From assembly GCF_006345805.1 (NCBI RefSeq), contig NC_043026.1, positions 558,001-622,000 of the forward strand: DNA of 64,000 bases. Reading direction: 5' to 3'. The translations under genes and the position numbers were made by a program. The notes under the pieces were generated by a model. The model was not told the origin of the DNA. It did not search any database and saw only the letters and a list, made by a program, of their open reading frames with translations. Origin of the DNA: Octopus sinensis (Eukaryota). Of this stretch, positions 1-13,425 are shown one piece after another (position 1 is the stretch's first letter; each line of letters begins with the position of its first letter).

Positions 1-1302
1 GTATGTATTTATATTAAAGATATATATATATATATATATATATGTAATGTACATACATACATATGTTTTGCATAAAAGAATGATTTTTGTCTCAATTAAA
101 AAAAAAGAAAACAAATAAATTTGTTCTGCTTCATTTTTTAGACATTATCTTTTGCGAACCAACTGAAAAGAGAAATTGTTTCTCTACAATTTTAAAAATC
201 AAATACAAAGTCGCACTTTAAGAATCAAATTTATTATTAACTTACACATGTCCCACCTGCACATAATACTCACATATACATGCACACACACACACAATTG
301 CGGGTACAGTCTGATGAACATTAGATATACATATATATATATGTGTACAGGTGCGTGTCTATGTGTGTGTGCAAGCATATATACACATACACACATACAC
401 ACACACACATATATACATACATATACATACACATATATACATAACATATATATATACATACATACATGCACATACACACAGACACAGATCACAGACACAC
501 TCACATATGCACACGCGCGCGCACACACACGCACACACACACAAACAAAAGTACATACATATTTTGTTAAAAGTAATTTTTTTTTCATCTTAATGAAAAA
601 AGGAAAAGAAAGAAATTTGTTCTGCTTCTATTTTTTCAGATATTATCTTTTGTGAACCAACTAAAAAGCTGATTTTCTACAATTCTAGAAGTCAAATATA
701 GAAAGTCAGATTTTAAGAATCAAATTTATTAGTTACCTGCTATTTCTCACTTGCAAACAAATGCATCTGCATGCATACACACACATGTGCATACATATAC
801 ACAAGTGCACACATGCACGCACGCACACACACACATCTCATCCATCTGTATTTCTGGAATTGTTTGTACAATCTCATAGGTGAAGCCCCAGCCAACTTGA
901 ACATTACATATACATAAATATGTGTGTGTGTGTTTATAATTATATATTGTTTTCATTCTAACTGAATATAAAATCATACCCACACATATGCTTATTTTTG
1001 AGTGTGTACAATATACATACATATTCATGCATACACAGACAGATTGACAGACAGACTGAGAAATAGATAAACTGATTGATAAAAATAGTTAAACATACTT
1101 GTGTGTGACTGTATGCAAAACTATATACACCTGTATGACTGTTTGCATGTGTATATGGGTGTGTGCAAGTGTGTGTGTGTGGGGTGTATACAGATGGATA
1201 TACTGATAAATGTTTGTAAGTAAGCAGGTATGCATGTATGTTTGTATGTATATATGCATGTATGCATATATATAAATTTATGTACACATGTGTATGCATG
1301 CG

Positions 1303-1349
<47 letters not shown>

Positions 1350-1389
1350 GTATATATATGTATATATATATATATGTATGTATATATGC

Positions 1390-1422
<33 letters not shown>

Positions 1423-1844
1423 TATGCATACATACATATATATACATATATATACATACATACACACGCACACATATATATGTATGTATTACATATGTAG
1501 GCATATATACATGTATACAAGTATGTATATATATATATGCATATATACATTGCGTCCGTAGATAACTTAAAATTGTATGATGGATTGCCGTCAATTCATT
1601 CTCTCTTACCTGTTGTGTCTGCCTTCCAATTGCTGTTTTACTGAGATCTCCCTTTTTAGTAGAAGAAATAGCTATAACTCTTTGACTGCTATTCTAAATT
1701 CGGTATGTGGTAAGGCAATTCGTTGCTAAACCCTTTATGCTTAGTATTACTTAAATTTTCCTCGAATGAGGCTTTTACATGCCGAAGACTACTTGGTGTA
1801 ATTGATAATTATTCCAAATTAATAATTTCACCCTCATTATTATG

Positions 1845-1886
<42 letters not shown>

Positions 1887-2206
1887 ATATATACATACAT
1901 ATAGATATATACTATACATGCATACATACATATATGTATATTATTCTCAAACACTCAATACTATTGATAGTGACTTTGAAGTTTTGGCCAGCTAAGCCAT
2001 CATCGGACTGGGCAGTTCAACACTAGCTAATTGAAACTTGAAGTCACTTTGTAAAGACTTTAGTAAAATTCTTTAAGAATGATAAATTTGTACTCTAGAA
2101 AAGTATAGAGTAATCCTTCATTATAACTGAACATAAAAACAAACATTAATAGAGATAATTATATATATGAATGTACATATATACATGTATATATATATAT
2201 GTATAT

Positions 2207-2258
<52 letters not shown>

Positions 2259-2327
2259 ATATATATATATTATATATATATATTATATTATATATATATG
2301 TATGTATATAGTATGTATATATGTATG

Positions 2328-2359
<32 letters not shown>

Positions 2360-2447
2360 AATATATATGTGTGTATTTATATATGTATATGTACATACAT
2401 ACACACATACATACACACACACATACATACATACATACATACATACA

Positions 2448-2481
<34 letters not shown>

Positions 2482-3560
2482 CATACATACATAGTTTCTC
2501 TTACATTTGCTTGATATTCCCGAATTTTTGTGGAAACAGTAGAGGAAACAATAAAATGACTTTATAAATATAGTTATAAATGCATGAATGGAACCTTCAA
2601 AGTGGAAAAATTTTGTTCCTTAATATATCAACATAGAAATGAAAATTTTCAACATTTTACTAATGGTAGTTTAATAACGATTTTATTACGTTAACACACA
2701 TGAATAAAAAAAAGCACGCTGACATATGCCCACACACAACAAATAGCAAATCCACATGTACAGATTCAGTACACACACACACACAAATCTGTATATACCT
2801 ACATACATGTTTTTTGCATAAAAAAGGAATGATCTTTTTTTTCAGTTCAATTAAGAAAAGAAAAGAAATATATTTGTTCTACTTTCTTGTTTTTTAGATA
2901 TCATCTTTTGTGAACCAACTGAAATGAAAAGTTGTTTTTCTATAATGCGTATGTGTATGCATTTGTACAAGTAAGAAAGTATAAGTTAAATTTGATTTTT
3001 AAAGTGTGACTTTAAAAAATCAAATTTAACTTATACTTTCTTACCTGTACAAATGCATACACATACACATTCATGCTTGTGTATTATATATATATAATAT
3101 ATATATATATATCTTATGCATGTGTGAGCGTACACACATGCACACACACATGTATCTTTGGTATGTATGTATCTTTTATCTTTTACTTGTTTCAGTCAAT
3201 AGGTTGTGACCATGGTGGAGCACTGCCTTGAAGAATTTGTTTCAGTTGAATGAATCAACCCCAGAACTTATTTTTTTGTTAAGCCTGTTACTTATTTTAT
3301 CACCCTCTTTCACTGAAATGCTAAGTTACTGCACCACCCTTTATGTATGTATGTACGTAATAAAACTTACTTGGAGAAGAAGAAAAAGAAAATGAAAACG
3401 AAAAAGAAAATGTATGTATGTATGTAATAAAACTTACTTGGAGAAGAAGAAAAAGAAAACGAAAACAAAAAAGAAAATGTATGTATGTATTATATATATA
3501 TATATGCGCATATACATGCACATATATGTATGTGTGTATGTGTCTTTGTAATATATATAT

Positions 3561-3606
<46 letters not shown>

Positions 3607-4620
3607 ATATATTGAACATGTTAGGCTTCTTTCAGTTTCCATCTACCAAATCCACATACAATGCTTTGATTGGCTTGAGGCTATTGTAGAAGACAGTTGC
3701 CCAAGTGAATGGGACTGTTTGTGTAGTTTACTTGATATCTAATTGTGGTGAAAGAGTATATATACCACATCAGTAATATGTTTTCTATAAACATAACATG
3801 CGAATCAAGACCGCGATATATCGAAGTCGATGCCTTAGGCCATTCATATTTACAGTTCTTCATCCATCTACCAAATCCACTTACAATGCTTGATTGACTT
3901 GAGGCTATTGTAGAAGACAGTTGCCCCGTGAATGGGACTGAACTCAGAACCATGTGTTTGGGAAACAATCTTCTTACTGCACTGCCACGATATATAGTTG
4001 AAAAGAAGTTAATATATGATTAGGACTTCAAGTCTCATCTATCTGCATTTTTGGAATGAGTTGCTTGTTACAGTCTGATGGGTGAGGTCCCAACCAATTT
4101 GAACATTATATATACATGTGCATGTGTGTGTGTTTATAATCATATAGAGCCACCCACATACAGCATAAGTTAGTGAGTGTGTACAATATATATACACATT
4201 GATACATAGACAGACAAATAGACAAGACATATATGTAGATAGATAGATGGATAGAGAGATAGATAGTTTCATATATACATAGATACATAAATATATACAT
4301 ACACACATGCATACATAAATAAATACATACATGCATATGTACAAATATAAATAAATACATACAAACATACATAAATGCATGCAGCATACATACATACATA
4401 CAAAAATGCATACATACACACACACACACAAGAAATACAGTTACACATTTTTGTGCATGTATGCAAAAATATGTCTGTTTACATATGTGTGTGTATATTT
4501 ATAAATGTACACACACGCACATATATATACACAGGCATACATACATACATAGATACACACACACACATGTTTTTTAAGAAAAACAAAATCCTTACCTTTT
4601 ATCCAATTTGAAATATATAT
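1..4620. repeat. Microsatellite-rich region, (AT)n/(AC)n/(ATAC)n, with diverged local duplications
   Basis: Runs of TA, CA and TACA; all ORFs here translate to YI/HT/VC low complexity. Confidence 0.9.
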
Positions 4621-5039
4621 ACATGAAATCTAAATATATTTCATTTTCTTCAATTAATTAACTAATTAACAAATTAATTAATTAGTCAGCAGTAATTATG
4701 ATGTTTAATAATTGTTAATCCATTGAATGCATGAAAAGCGAAAACAAAACCAAAAGGCAAAATATAAAGTGAAAGAGAAATTATAAAAAGAAAGAGAGGA
4801 TATTTTCCAATGTTAGATTAACAAAAACAAGCTGAGAACGTTGTCCATCGTCTGTTTTTTAACAAATCAGAGAACATCCAACGCAGGTTGAAAATATCTC
4901 CAAACAGAAAGAATAATCTCTCTACTGTTTGGCTCTTTCTTTTACTCTCTTTCTCTCTTTCTCTCTCTCTCTCTCTTTCTCTAACTCTGTTGTACTGTCT
5001 TTCTTTCTCTGTCTTTCTCTCTTTGTGTAACAATTGATC

Positions 5040-6610
5040 GAAGTAAAAAAAAGTCTAAGTTAGACAGAGAGAAAACAGTGAGGCAGGCAGGCAGGTGGGG
5101 AAAGCGGTGGAGGTGGGGAGGCAAGAAGGAGGGGAAGGAGGGAAGACTGGTGGGTTGGTGGGAATGGGGTGAGGAAGATAGACAGGCAGACAGCCAAGCA
5201 GCCAGGTAAGCAAATAAACAGACAGACATCCAGACAAACAAGCACTCAGGCAGTCAAGTAGCCTGGCAGCCAGGCTGTTAGGCAACCAGGCTGCCAGGCA
5301 GCTAAGAAGACAGGCAGTTGGGCAGTTGGGCAGCCAGGCAGCTAAGAAGACAGGCAGTAGGGCAGTTGGGCAGCCTGGTAGCCAGGTAGACAGGCAACCA
5401 GACACTCAGGCAGTCGAGCAGCCAGACAGCCAAATAGACAGGCAGCTGATCAGAAGGACAGACATCTGGACAGCTTAGCACACAGACAGTCAGTTGGCCA
5501 GGCAGTCAGGAAGCCAGGTAACATGAAAGAAGGGCAGCCAGGCAACTTGGGTGCCTGACAGACAGACAGTTTAAGTAGTCAGACAGGCAGATGGATAGTG
5601 AGATAGGTAACCAGGCAGCAAAATAAACCAGTAGACCAGCAACCAGTCAGCCAAGCACTCAGGTAGGCAGACAAAAAAATGAACCAGGCAACCAGCTAGC
5701 TTTGCAGTCAGTCAGTCAGTCAATCAGACTGCTAGGTAGACAGACAACCAAGCAATCAGGCTGGCATGAAGGTTGATGGCTTTGTAGCTAAACAAAAAAT
5801 AGCCAGGCAACCATGCAACTAGGGAATGAAGCAACCAACCTGATGGACAGTCAAACGGTCTGACAGCTAAGCACTTAAGCAGCTAGGCAGCAAAATAAAC
5901 AGGCATCTGGACAGTCATGCACTCAGGCAGTCAAGCAGCCAAGGAGACAGGCAAACAACCAGGAAGCCAAGTAGACAGGCAACCAGGCAGCCAAAGAATG
6001 AGAGGGACAGCTAGGGAATCATGCAGGCAGATAAACAGCCAGACAGACCATCAAGCAGACTGGCAGCTTGGCAGTGAGCAACCAGGTAACCTGCAACCAG
6101 GCGGTGGAGAGCTCGGCCGTCAAGCAAGCAGGCAACCAAACCAAGCAGTGAGGCAACAAGACAGATAGAGAGAAAGTAAGACAGTCAGACTGCAATGCAG
6201 CCAAGCAACCAGGCAATCAAGAGGGGACACAACAAGGCATTCAACCAACCAGATAGCCATGCAGATGGTCGGCAAGCTGTCAAGTAAACAGGAAGCTAGA
6301 CAGCTAGGTAGCTAAGCAACCGGGCAGTCAGGCAGGCTCTCAAGCAAGCAGGCAACAAGAGAGACAACCAGGCAACCAAACAGACAACTAGGCAACTAAA
6401 CAGGATCGAAACAATTAGACAGACAAACAGAGAGCAAGACAATCAGACAACCAGGTAACCAAGAAGAGACACAACCAGGTATTCAAGCAACCAGACAGCC
6501 AGGCAGTTAGACAGCTATGTGGTTATGCAGACAGGCAGTCAAGCAAGCAAGCAACCAAGAAGAGACACAACCAAGCATTCAAGCAACCAGACAGATGGAC
6601 GGATAGGCAG
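5040..6610. repeat. Degenerate purine-rich tetranucleotide satellite (CAGG/CAGC/CAGA/CAAG)
   Basis: About 1.55 kb built almost entirely of cagg, cagc, caga and caac words, with internal repeats such as aagaagagacacaacca. Confidence 0.8.
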
Positions 6611-7029
6611 CCTTATTTTTGTTTAGTTTTTTCATTGACTTCCTTGATGCTTTACATCAGGCATTTTTCCCCTGTTTTTATTCACTATTGTTCAATATTG
6701 TTAAACAATGGTGAACAACATTGAACATTGTTAGATGTTGTTTACCTATAATTGATATTTGGGGGCAATGGGGAGGAGAAGAGTGGGGTGGTGGTGGTGA
6801 TGGATAAGTGGGTTTGTATGGATAGATGGAAATGTGCATGCATGTACAAATATATGAATGTACGTGTGAGTATGCATATATATACACACACACATACACG
6901 CACACACACAGATACATACATACATACATATGTATATATGTGTGTGATTACATAGGCATGCACACACACAGACACAGAGATATATATGTATGCATATATA
7001 TGGTGTGTGTGTGTGTATATAATATATAT

Positions 7030-7397
7030 TTATTCTTTTAGTTGTTTCAGTTATTTGAGTGTGGCCATGCTGGAGCACCACCTTTTAGTCAAACAAATCG
7101 ACTTCAGGTCTTATTCTTTGTAAGCCAATTACTTATTCTATCAGTCTCTTTTGCTGAACTGCTAAGTTATAGGAACATAAACACACCAGCATTGTCAAGT
7201 GATATATATATATATATATGTTTGCATGTCTGTGTTTATTCCCCTGCTATTGCTTGACAATTGATGCTGGTGTGTTTATGTAACTGTAACTTAGCAGTTA
7301 TGACAGGCTTCTTTCAGTTTCCATCTACCAAACCCACTCACAAGGTTTACCAACCATGTGGTTGGTAAGCTAATTACCACACAGCCATTCCTGCGCT
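7030..7397 (-). mobile_element. tRNA-derived SINE family A (octopus OR/CORE-like), internally deleted
   Basis: Reverse complement of the head gcgcaggaatggctgtgtggtaa and the tail gactgaaacaa; matches the full copies at 42964 and 48477. Confidence 0.85.
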
Positions 7398-7857
7398 TAT
7401 ATATATACATATATATGTATGACATATGTATATCTATCTATCGATATATATTTGTATATGTATATATATGTATGTGTGTGTGTGTATAGATATCAAGTTA
7501 GTGGGGTTTAATACCTCTAAGGGATAATTAAATCCAGAGTTGCTCCTGGCTATTAGCTGGGTAGGTAAGTCTTTTGTAAGGTTGTACGGTAGCCAGTGGT
7601 TCGGTTGGTAAACTGGAATTTAGGTCATATAGAAGAAAATATTGTTATTTTATTCATTTGTTATTGTTACTTTATCCATTTCTTCTCCTATATATATACA
7701 TATACACATATATATATATGTATATATATGTATATATGTATATGTATATATATTTATATATATATCGTTTGCAGAACTCATAAATCTGGAAAGAAGCACA
7801 CTCTAAGATGTAGAGCAGTATATATTAAAAATGGGGAAGGCTGGTTTATGACACTAC

Positions 7858-9030
7858 CTTATGTTTCCTGTCCATAAAGAGTTTAGCTTTATGGTGTATT
7901 GTCTGACCCCAAAACCTGTTGACCTGCGAACTCTTCAAAATATGGAGGGTGAAAAGCCTTGCTACTCAAAGGTAAATAATTGGGAATTATCTCCGTTTGC
8001 TATTAGCTACTGACTTCTGGCTGAACCACCATCTTGTGGGCTCCAAAATGTTAGCAGGAACCTCCTAAAATGTAAACATGGCCTGAAGATCTGCATTCTG
8101 GAGTTGAGGATGTTCCCTGGTTTGAGTGAGTCCTTTAGGATTCTCATGCATTCAGCTATGCATAACTAGTAACGTTTCGTCCCGTTGATGTAGAGGCCTG
8201 AGGTCTCAAGGATTTTCCATGAGATTGCGTATGGTATCCCATTGTCTCCTAGTTGCCAGACATGGCTGGCCAGTGATGTTACGTCTCTCCTTTCAAGAAC
8301 TTTGGAAGAAGACATGATTGGAAATACACTGCTTGAAAGATTTCCCAGAACATCTGATGTTTCTATGTGGGCGTGTGTTGTTGGTGCTGTACCTATTGGT
8401 GTTGTTGCTGTTGCTGTTGTTGTTGCTGCTGCTGTCACCGACATAGTTGTTGGAGCTGTGACTGCTGGTATTGGCATTACTTGAAGTGGTGACATCAGTA
8501 ATGTTATCACCACTGCTGGTTATAGTTAAGGCACCATTGTTATTGTTGCAGTCCTTGCCAACAGTAGGGGAGTTGCCATTGCTGCCAGAGGTGTCATTAG
8601 CTGAGGTTCTGCTGGTGTTTCTGCCAGGGTCACTGTTGCTGCTGTTATAGCTGGTGATGGCACTGGACCTGTTGTTGTTGCACCTATAGGGGTTGTCCGG
8701 TCTACTACTGTAGATGTTAGGGAAGCTATTGGTAAGTCTGGTGTTGATAGTGATGCTGCTGTTGTTATTGTTAGTGTTGCTGCCATTGTGGGAACTGCAA
8801 ATGTTGTCACTGATGCTGTTATTGCTATTGTTGCTAATGCTGTCAGCTGTGGCAATGGTAGTGGTGTTGCTGGCTCTGTTCTTGTGCCTATGGCTGATAC
8901 TTCTTTATCTTTGAGTTGCAAGGCTTTTCCCCACTCCATATTTTGAAGAGGTCATAGGCCAACAGGTTTTGGGGTCTGATGATATGCCATAAAGCTTAAC
9001 TCTTTATGGACGGAAAACCTGAGGCAATCC
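7858..9030 (-). mobile_element. Penelope-like element remnant: GIY-YIG C-terminal half bounded by ~115-bp inverted repeats
   Basis: Minus strand 8400-8000 reads GKSFKQCISNH / TSLASHVWQLGDNGIPYAISWKILE..TKRY*LCIAECMRI..NILNSRMQIFRPCLHFRRFLL, the PLE endonuclease tail (ST.LS.HIW.LK...W.I...C.LC..E...LN.R.E....C.H..KFLL). Segments 7862-7975 and 8905-9022 are inverted copies. Confidence 0.8.
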
Positions 9031-9034
9031 AGAA

Positions 9035-9290
9035 ACGATGCAAGTAACCAACTGTGGAGACCCTTGTTGTGGGACATGCAAATTAATTGAGTGAGGGACA
9101 ACCAAAAGATGCAAGAATAGGAAGGAATTAAAAGTGAATGCAAACATGAATTGCAAACAAAAACCCTCATCTACTGCATCACATGCTCACAATTCAATGA
9201 AGACTACATTGAAGAGACAGGTAAGAAACTGACCAGCTGTGTAAATGTGCATAAACAACAAATTAAGGCATTCAGATACTACTGAGCAAC
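9035..9290 (+). mobile_element. Penelope-like GIY-YIG endonuclease fragment (second family)
   Basis: NCGDPCCGTCKLIE*...VNANMNCK / KNLIYCITCSQFNEDYIEETGKKLTSCVNVHKQQIK, with one stop and one frameshift. Confidence 0.85.
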
Positions 9291-9624
9291 TCCAAAAATA
9301 TACACGGATTGTAGGCAAGCAACTGAAAAAACATTAAAAAGACTTCACATTAATTGTGAATTGGGTCCAATCTCTAGATTAAAGCCATAAAAACAGGCTT
9401 TTTTTTCTTCGTCAACATAATACACGAAAAATATAAATACAAATAATTATACATACTTGTATAAAACAAATTCACACGTCCACATACAAATATTTGCACA
9501 TATAGATCAAAGATAAGCAACAGAGAGTGACAGAATAGTACACCCATAAGACATGTTATCTATGGATAAACACCTCAGCTACTTTAGCTTTCTATGACGT
9601 ATCTGGATTTGGTATGATACACAG

Positions 9625-9770
9625 GTTTATATCATCATCATCATCATATAACATTTGTTGTCCATGCTGGCATGGGTTGGATGGATTGACCAAAACAGGT
9701 AAGTTGAGGAGTTGCACCAGACTCCAATTGCCTGTTTTGACATGGCTTGTATCATTGGATGCTCCTCCTA
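9625..9770 (-). mobile_element. RTE LINE 3' tail fragment
   Basis: (CAT)n followed by tccatgctggcatgggttgga...ggatgc.c..cctaa, the reverse complement of the 3' end of the RTE at 12000-12160. Confidence 0.75.
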
Positions 9771-9852
9771 ATATATATATATATATATCTACACACACAC
9801 ACACACAAACATATATATGTATGTATTTGTGTGTATATGTATATATATATAT

Positions 9853-9883
<31 letters not shown>

Positions 9884-12160
9884 TGCCATTATGAAAGGTT
9901 GCTGAATAAAGAAAATGAATGGGATAAAGAGAGTCTGCCGAATGTCGACCCAACAAAGGGACCAGCTATCCGAGTTGACAGTTCTTTGGTAGTTAAGGCA
10001 ATTAGAAGTATGAAGACAGGGAAAGCCCCTGGCCCATCAGGAATTACTGCAGAGATGCTCAAAATATCTGGCAGTGTTGGCTATAGCCTAGTCACCTGTA
10101 TAGTTAACCAGGTGTTACACGAAGGAGTCATACCCAATGACTGGTGTAGCAGCATAATAGTCAACTGCTACAAAGGTAAAGGTGATGCTTTAGATACAAA
10201 TAATGACAGAGGTATTAAGCTGCTGGATCAGGTAATGAAGGTCACAGAGGGTCATAGCCCAACTAAATAGGGAGAGAGTCAGTTTGGATGAGAAGTAGTT
10301 TGGTTTCGTGCCAGGGAAAAGCACCACTGATGCTATATTTCTGGTAAGACAGCTGCAGGAGAAATACCTAACCAAAGATAAGCCCCTGTACATCGCTTTC
10401 ATTGACATGGAGAAAACCTTTGACAGGGTCCCCCGATCACTTATCTGGTGGTCAGTGAGGAAACTAGGGATAGATGAATGGTTAGTGAGAGCTGTGCAAG
10501 TCATGTACAGGGACGCTGTAAGTAAGGTTAGGGTTGGCAACGAGTACCATGAAGAATTCCGGGTAGAGGTAGGGGTCCACCAAGCTTCAGTCCTCAGCCC
10601 CCTCCTATTTATCATAGTCCTCCAGGCAATAACGGAGGAATTCAAGACAGGATGCCCCTGGTAGCTCCTCTATGCTGATGACCTTGCTCTAATTGCTGAG
10701 TCACTATCAGAACTAGAGGAGAAGTTTCAAGTGTGGAAACAAGGATTAGAATCAAAGGGCCTTAGAGCAACGTAGCTAAAACCAAAGTCCTAATAAGCAG
10801 GAAGGCAGGCAAACCACAAATCCCTTCTGGTAGATGGCCCTGCTCGATCTGTAGTAGAGGTGTAGGTAGAAACTCTATAAGATGTACCCAGTGTAAGCTA
10901 TGGACACATAAGAGGTGCAGCAATATGAAAGGAAGGCTAACTGGGAAGATAGCTTTTGTATGTGGCAGATGCTCGGGTGCAATAAACACTGACAACGTGC
11001 AGAGAACAACTTCTGCCACATTCCAGGGAGAAAAACTAGAAGTAGTTGATAGCTTCCATTACCTAGGTGACCAAGTCAGTAGTGGGGGAGGGTGCGCTGA
11101 AAGTGTAGCTGCTAGAATAAGAATAGCTTGGGCAAAGTTCAGAGAGCTCTTACCCCTGCTGGTGATAAAGGGCCTCTTGCTCAGAGTAAAAGGTAGACTG
11201 CATGACGCATGTGTATGAACAGCCATGCTACATGGCAGTGAAACATGGGCTGTGACTGCTGAGGACATGTGTAAGCTCACAAGGAATGAAGCCAATATGA
11301 TCCGATGGATGTGTGATGTCAGTGTGCATACTCGACAGTGTAAGTACCTTGAGAGAAAAGTTGGACATCAGATGTGGTGTGCAAGAGAGACAACTGCACT
11401 GATATGGTCATGTAGCGAGAATGGATGAGGATAGCTGTGTGAAAAAGTTCCACACCCTAGCAGTTGAGGGAACCTGTGGAAGAGGTAGACCTGGGATGAA
11501 GTAGTGAAGCATGACCTTCGAACTTTAGGCCTCACCAAGGAAATCACTATTGACCGAGACCTTTGGAAAGCCAAATGAGACCATAACCTCGTTTGTCTGT
11601 ACCAGGGGTGTAACCAGCCGACTTGTGCGTACCTTTTCCTTCTCTGAACACTAATCTCTGCTTGCGAAAACCTGTTGAGGCAAGTGAAATCGAAACTGAA
11701 ATCAAAATCAAAGTGAAATTCGATGACGTGCACGAGCGTGATCGTTGCCAGCCTTGCTTTACTGGCACTTGTGCCCCGTGCTAGTAGGGTGCTAAGAGCA
11801 CCATCTGAGCATGATCGTTGCCAGAGTGGCTAACTGGCTTCCGTGCCAGTGGCATGTAGGAGGCACCATTCGAGCAGGATCGTTACCAGCATTGCCTTAC
11901 TGGCACCTGTGCCATTGGCATGTGTAAAGAATTCGAGCGAGGTCGTTGCCAGTACCGCCTGACTGGCCCCTGTACCGGTGGTATGTAAAAGCACCCATTA
12001 CACTCTTGGAGTGGTTGGCGTTAGGAAGGGCATCCAGCTGCAGAAACTCTGCCAGATCAAGACTGGAGCTTGGTGCAGCCATCTGGTTCGCCAGCCCACA
12101 GTCAAAATCATCCAACCCCTGCTAGCATGGAAAGCAGGCATTAAATGACAACGATGATAA
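9884..12160 (+). mobile_element. 5'-truncated RTE-clade LINE with disrupted reverse transcriptase
   Basis: MKTGKAPGPSG, GFVPGKSTTDAI, FIDMEKTFDRVP, GVHQASVLSPLLF, LLYADDL, F.YLGD and RWMC motifs across several frameshifted ORFs; tandem-repeat 3'UTR and (GAT)n tail. Confidence 0.95.
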
Positions 12161-12684
12161 TATATATATATATATATATATGTATGTATACATGATGAGC
12201 TTCTTTCAGTTTCCATCTACCAAAATCCACTCACAGGGCTTTGGTTGGTCCAGATAGTAGAAGATATTTGCCCAAGGGCCCACATAGTGGGACTGAACCC
12301 AGGACCTTATGGCTGGAAATCAAAACTTCTTACAACACAGTCATGTGTGTATGTGACTGAATTTATGAACATATATATGTAAGTGTAAGTATGTGTGCAT
12401 GCATGTACATATCTGTGAGTTTATGTACATGCGTGTGTGAGTGCATTTTGTATTTATCATTGGCCACTTGTCAACTGGTGTTGGTTTGTTTGCATTCCCA
12501 TAACTTAGCAGCTTGCCAAAGTTACACTCATAGAATAAAATGTATCAGATTCAAAATAAATATTAGGATTGATTTCATTGACTAAATGCTTCACAATACT
12601 GCTCCAGTCTGACCACCACTGTCCAATGACAGAAGCCATGCAGAAGATCACACACATGCACATATTTATACATGTGTGTGTGTG

Positions 12685-12726
<42 letters not shown>

Positions 12727-13425
12727 AGATATGTATGTGTTTGTGTATGGCCCCAAAGTACAAAAGAAAACAAAGACAAGGTGAAACAACTACAAACAGG
12801 GCACGCACACACACACATATATGCATATATATGTATATATCTATATTCATGTCTGTATATATACATATATATGTGTATGCATATACATATTAACATACTC
12901 ATACATACACACACACATACATACATACACACACATATATATATGTGTGTGTGTATGTATGTATATGTCTGTTTTGGACTGAATATATAATTCAACAGCT
13001 GTTTAATTTCAAGAGGTATGTATTTCAAAATAGACATCTTTATTCATAAATACATGTGTGTATATATATGTGTGTGTGTGTGTGTTTACATAAATCCAAA
13101 AGTATGTGAAAGGCTGGGAGTAAGTGGGTGTGGGCGTGAATAATGACACAGCAGATGTTTTAAAGCATACAAATTTATTTATTGATCAAATGGTGTGTAT
13201 TTGTGTGTGTGTCTGTGTGAGAGAGAGAGGGAGAGGCTATATGGGTACATGCAGGCATGCATACATGTGTACCCACTCACATGCATGTATGCACACACGA
13301 ACACACAGATACACATACATAGATATAGGCATAGATACACACGCACACACACACATACACATCAAAACAGGAAAATGGAGAAATTTTTAGTATTATTTAT
13401 TCACCATTGCATGCGTTTCATTTGC

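Noticed and set aside
3340-3990. 66-bp tandem duplication containing a GTAAGT-like donor (- strand) and two tandem SINE-A fragments
   Set aside because: No acceptor AG or open exon; simple local slippage or duplication.
176-4611. Many 60-170 aa ORFs rich in Y/I/H/T/V/C/M (also at 12-14 kb, 23-26 kb, 34-35 kb and 58-59 kb)
   Set aside because: Translations of (AT)n, (AC)n and (ATAC)n microsatellites that lack stops by composition.
4818-5033. ORF ending LFFLFGDIFNLRWMFSDLLKNRRW
   Set aside because: Half is (GA)n-derived; no convincing splice sites or homology recognised.
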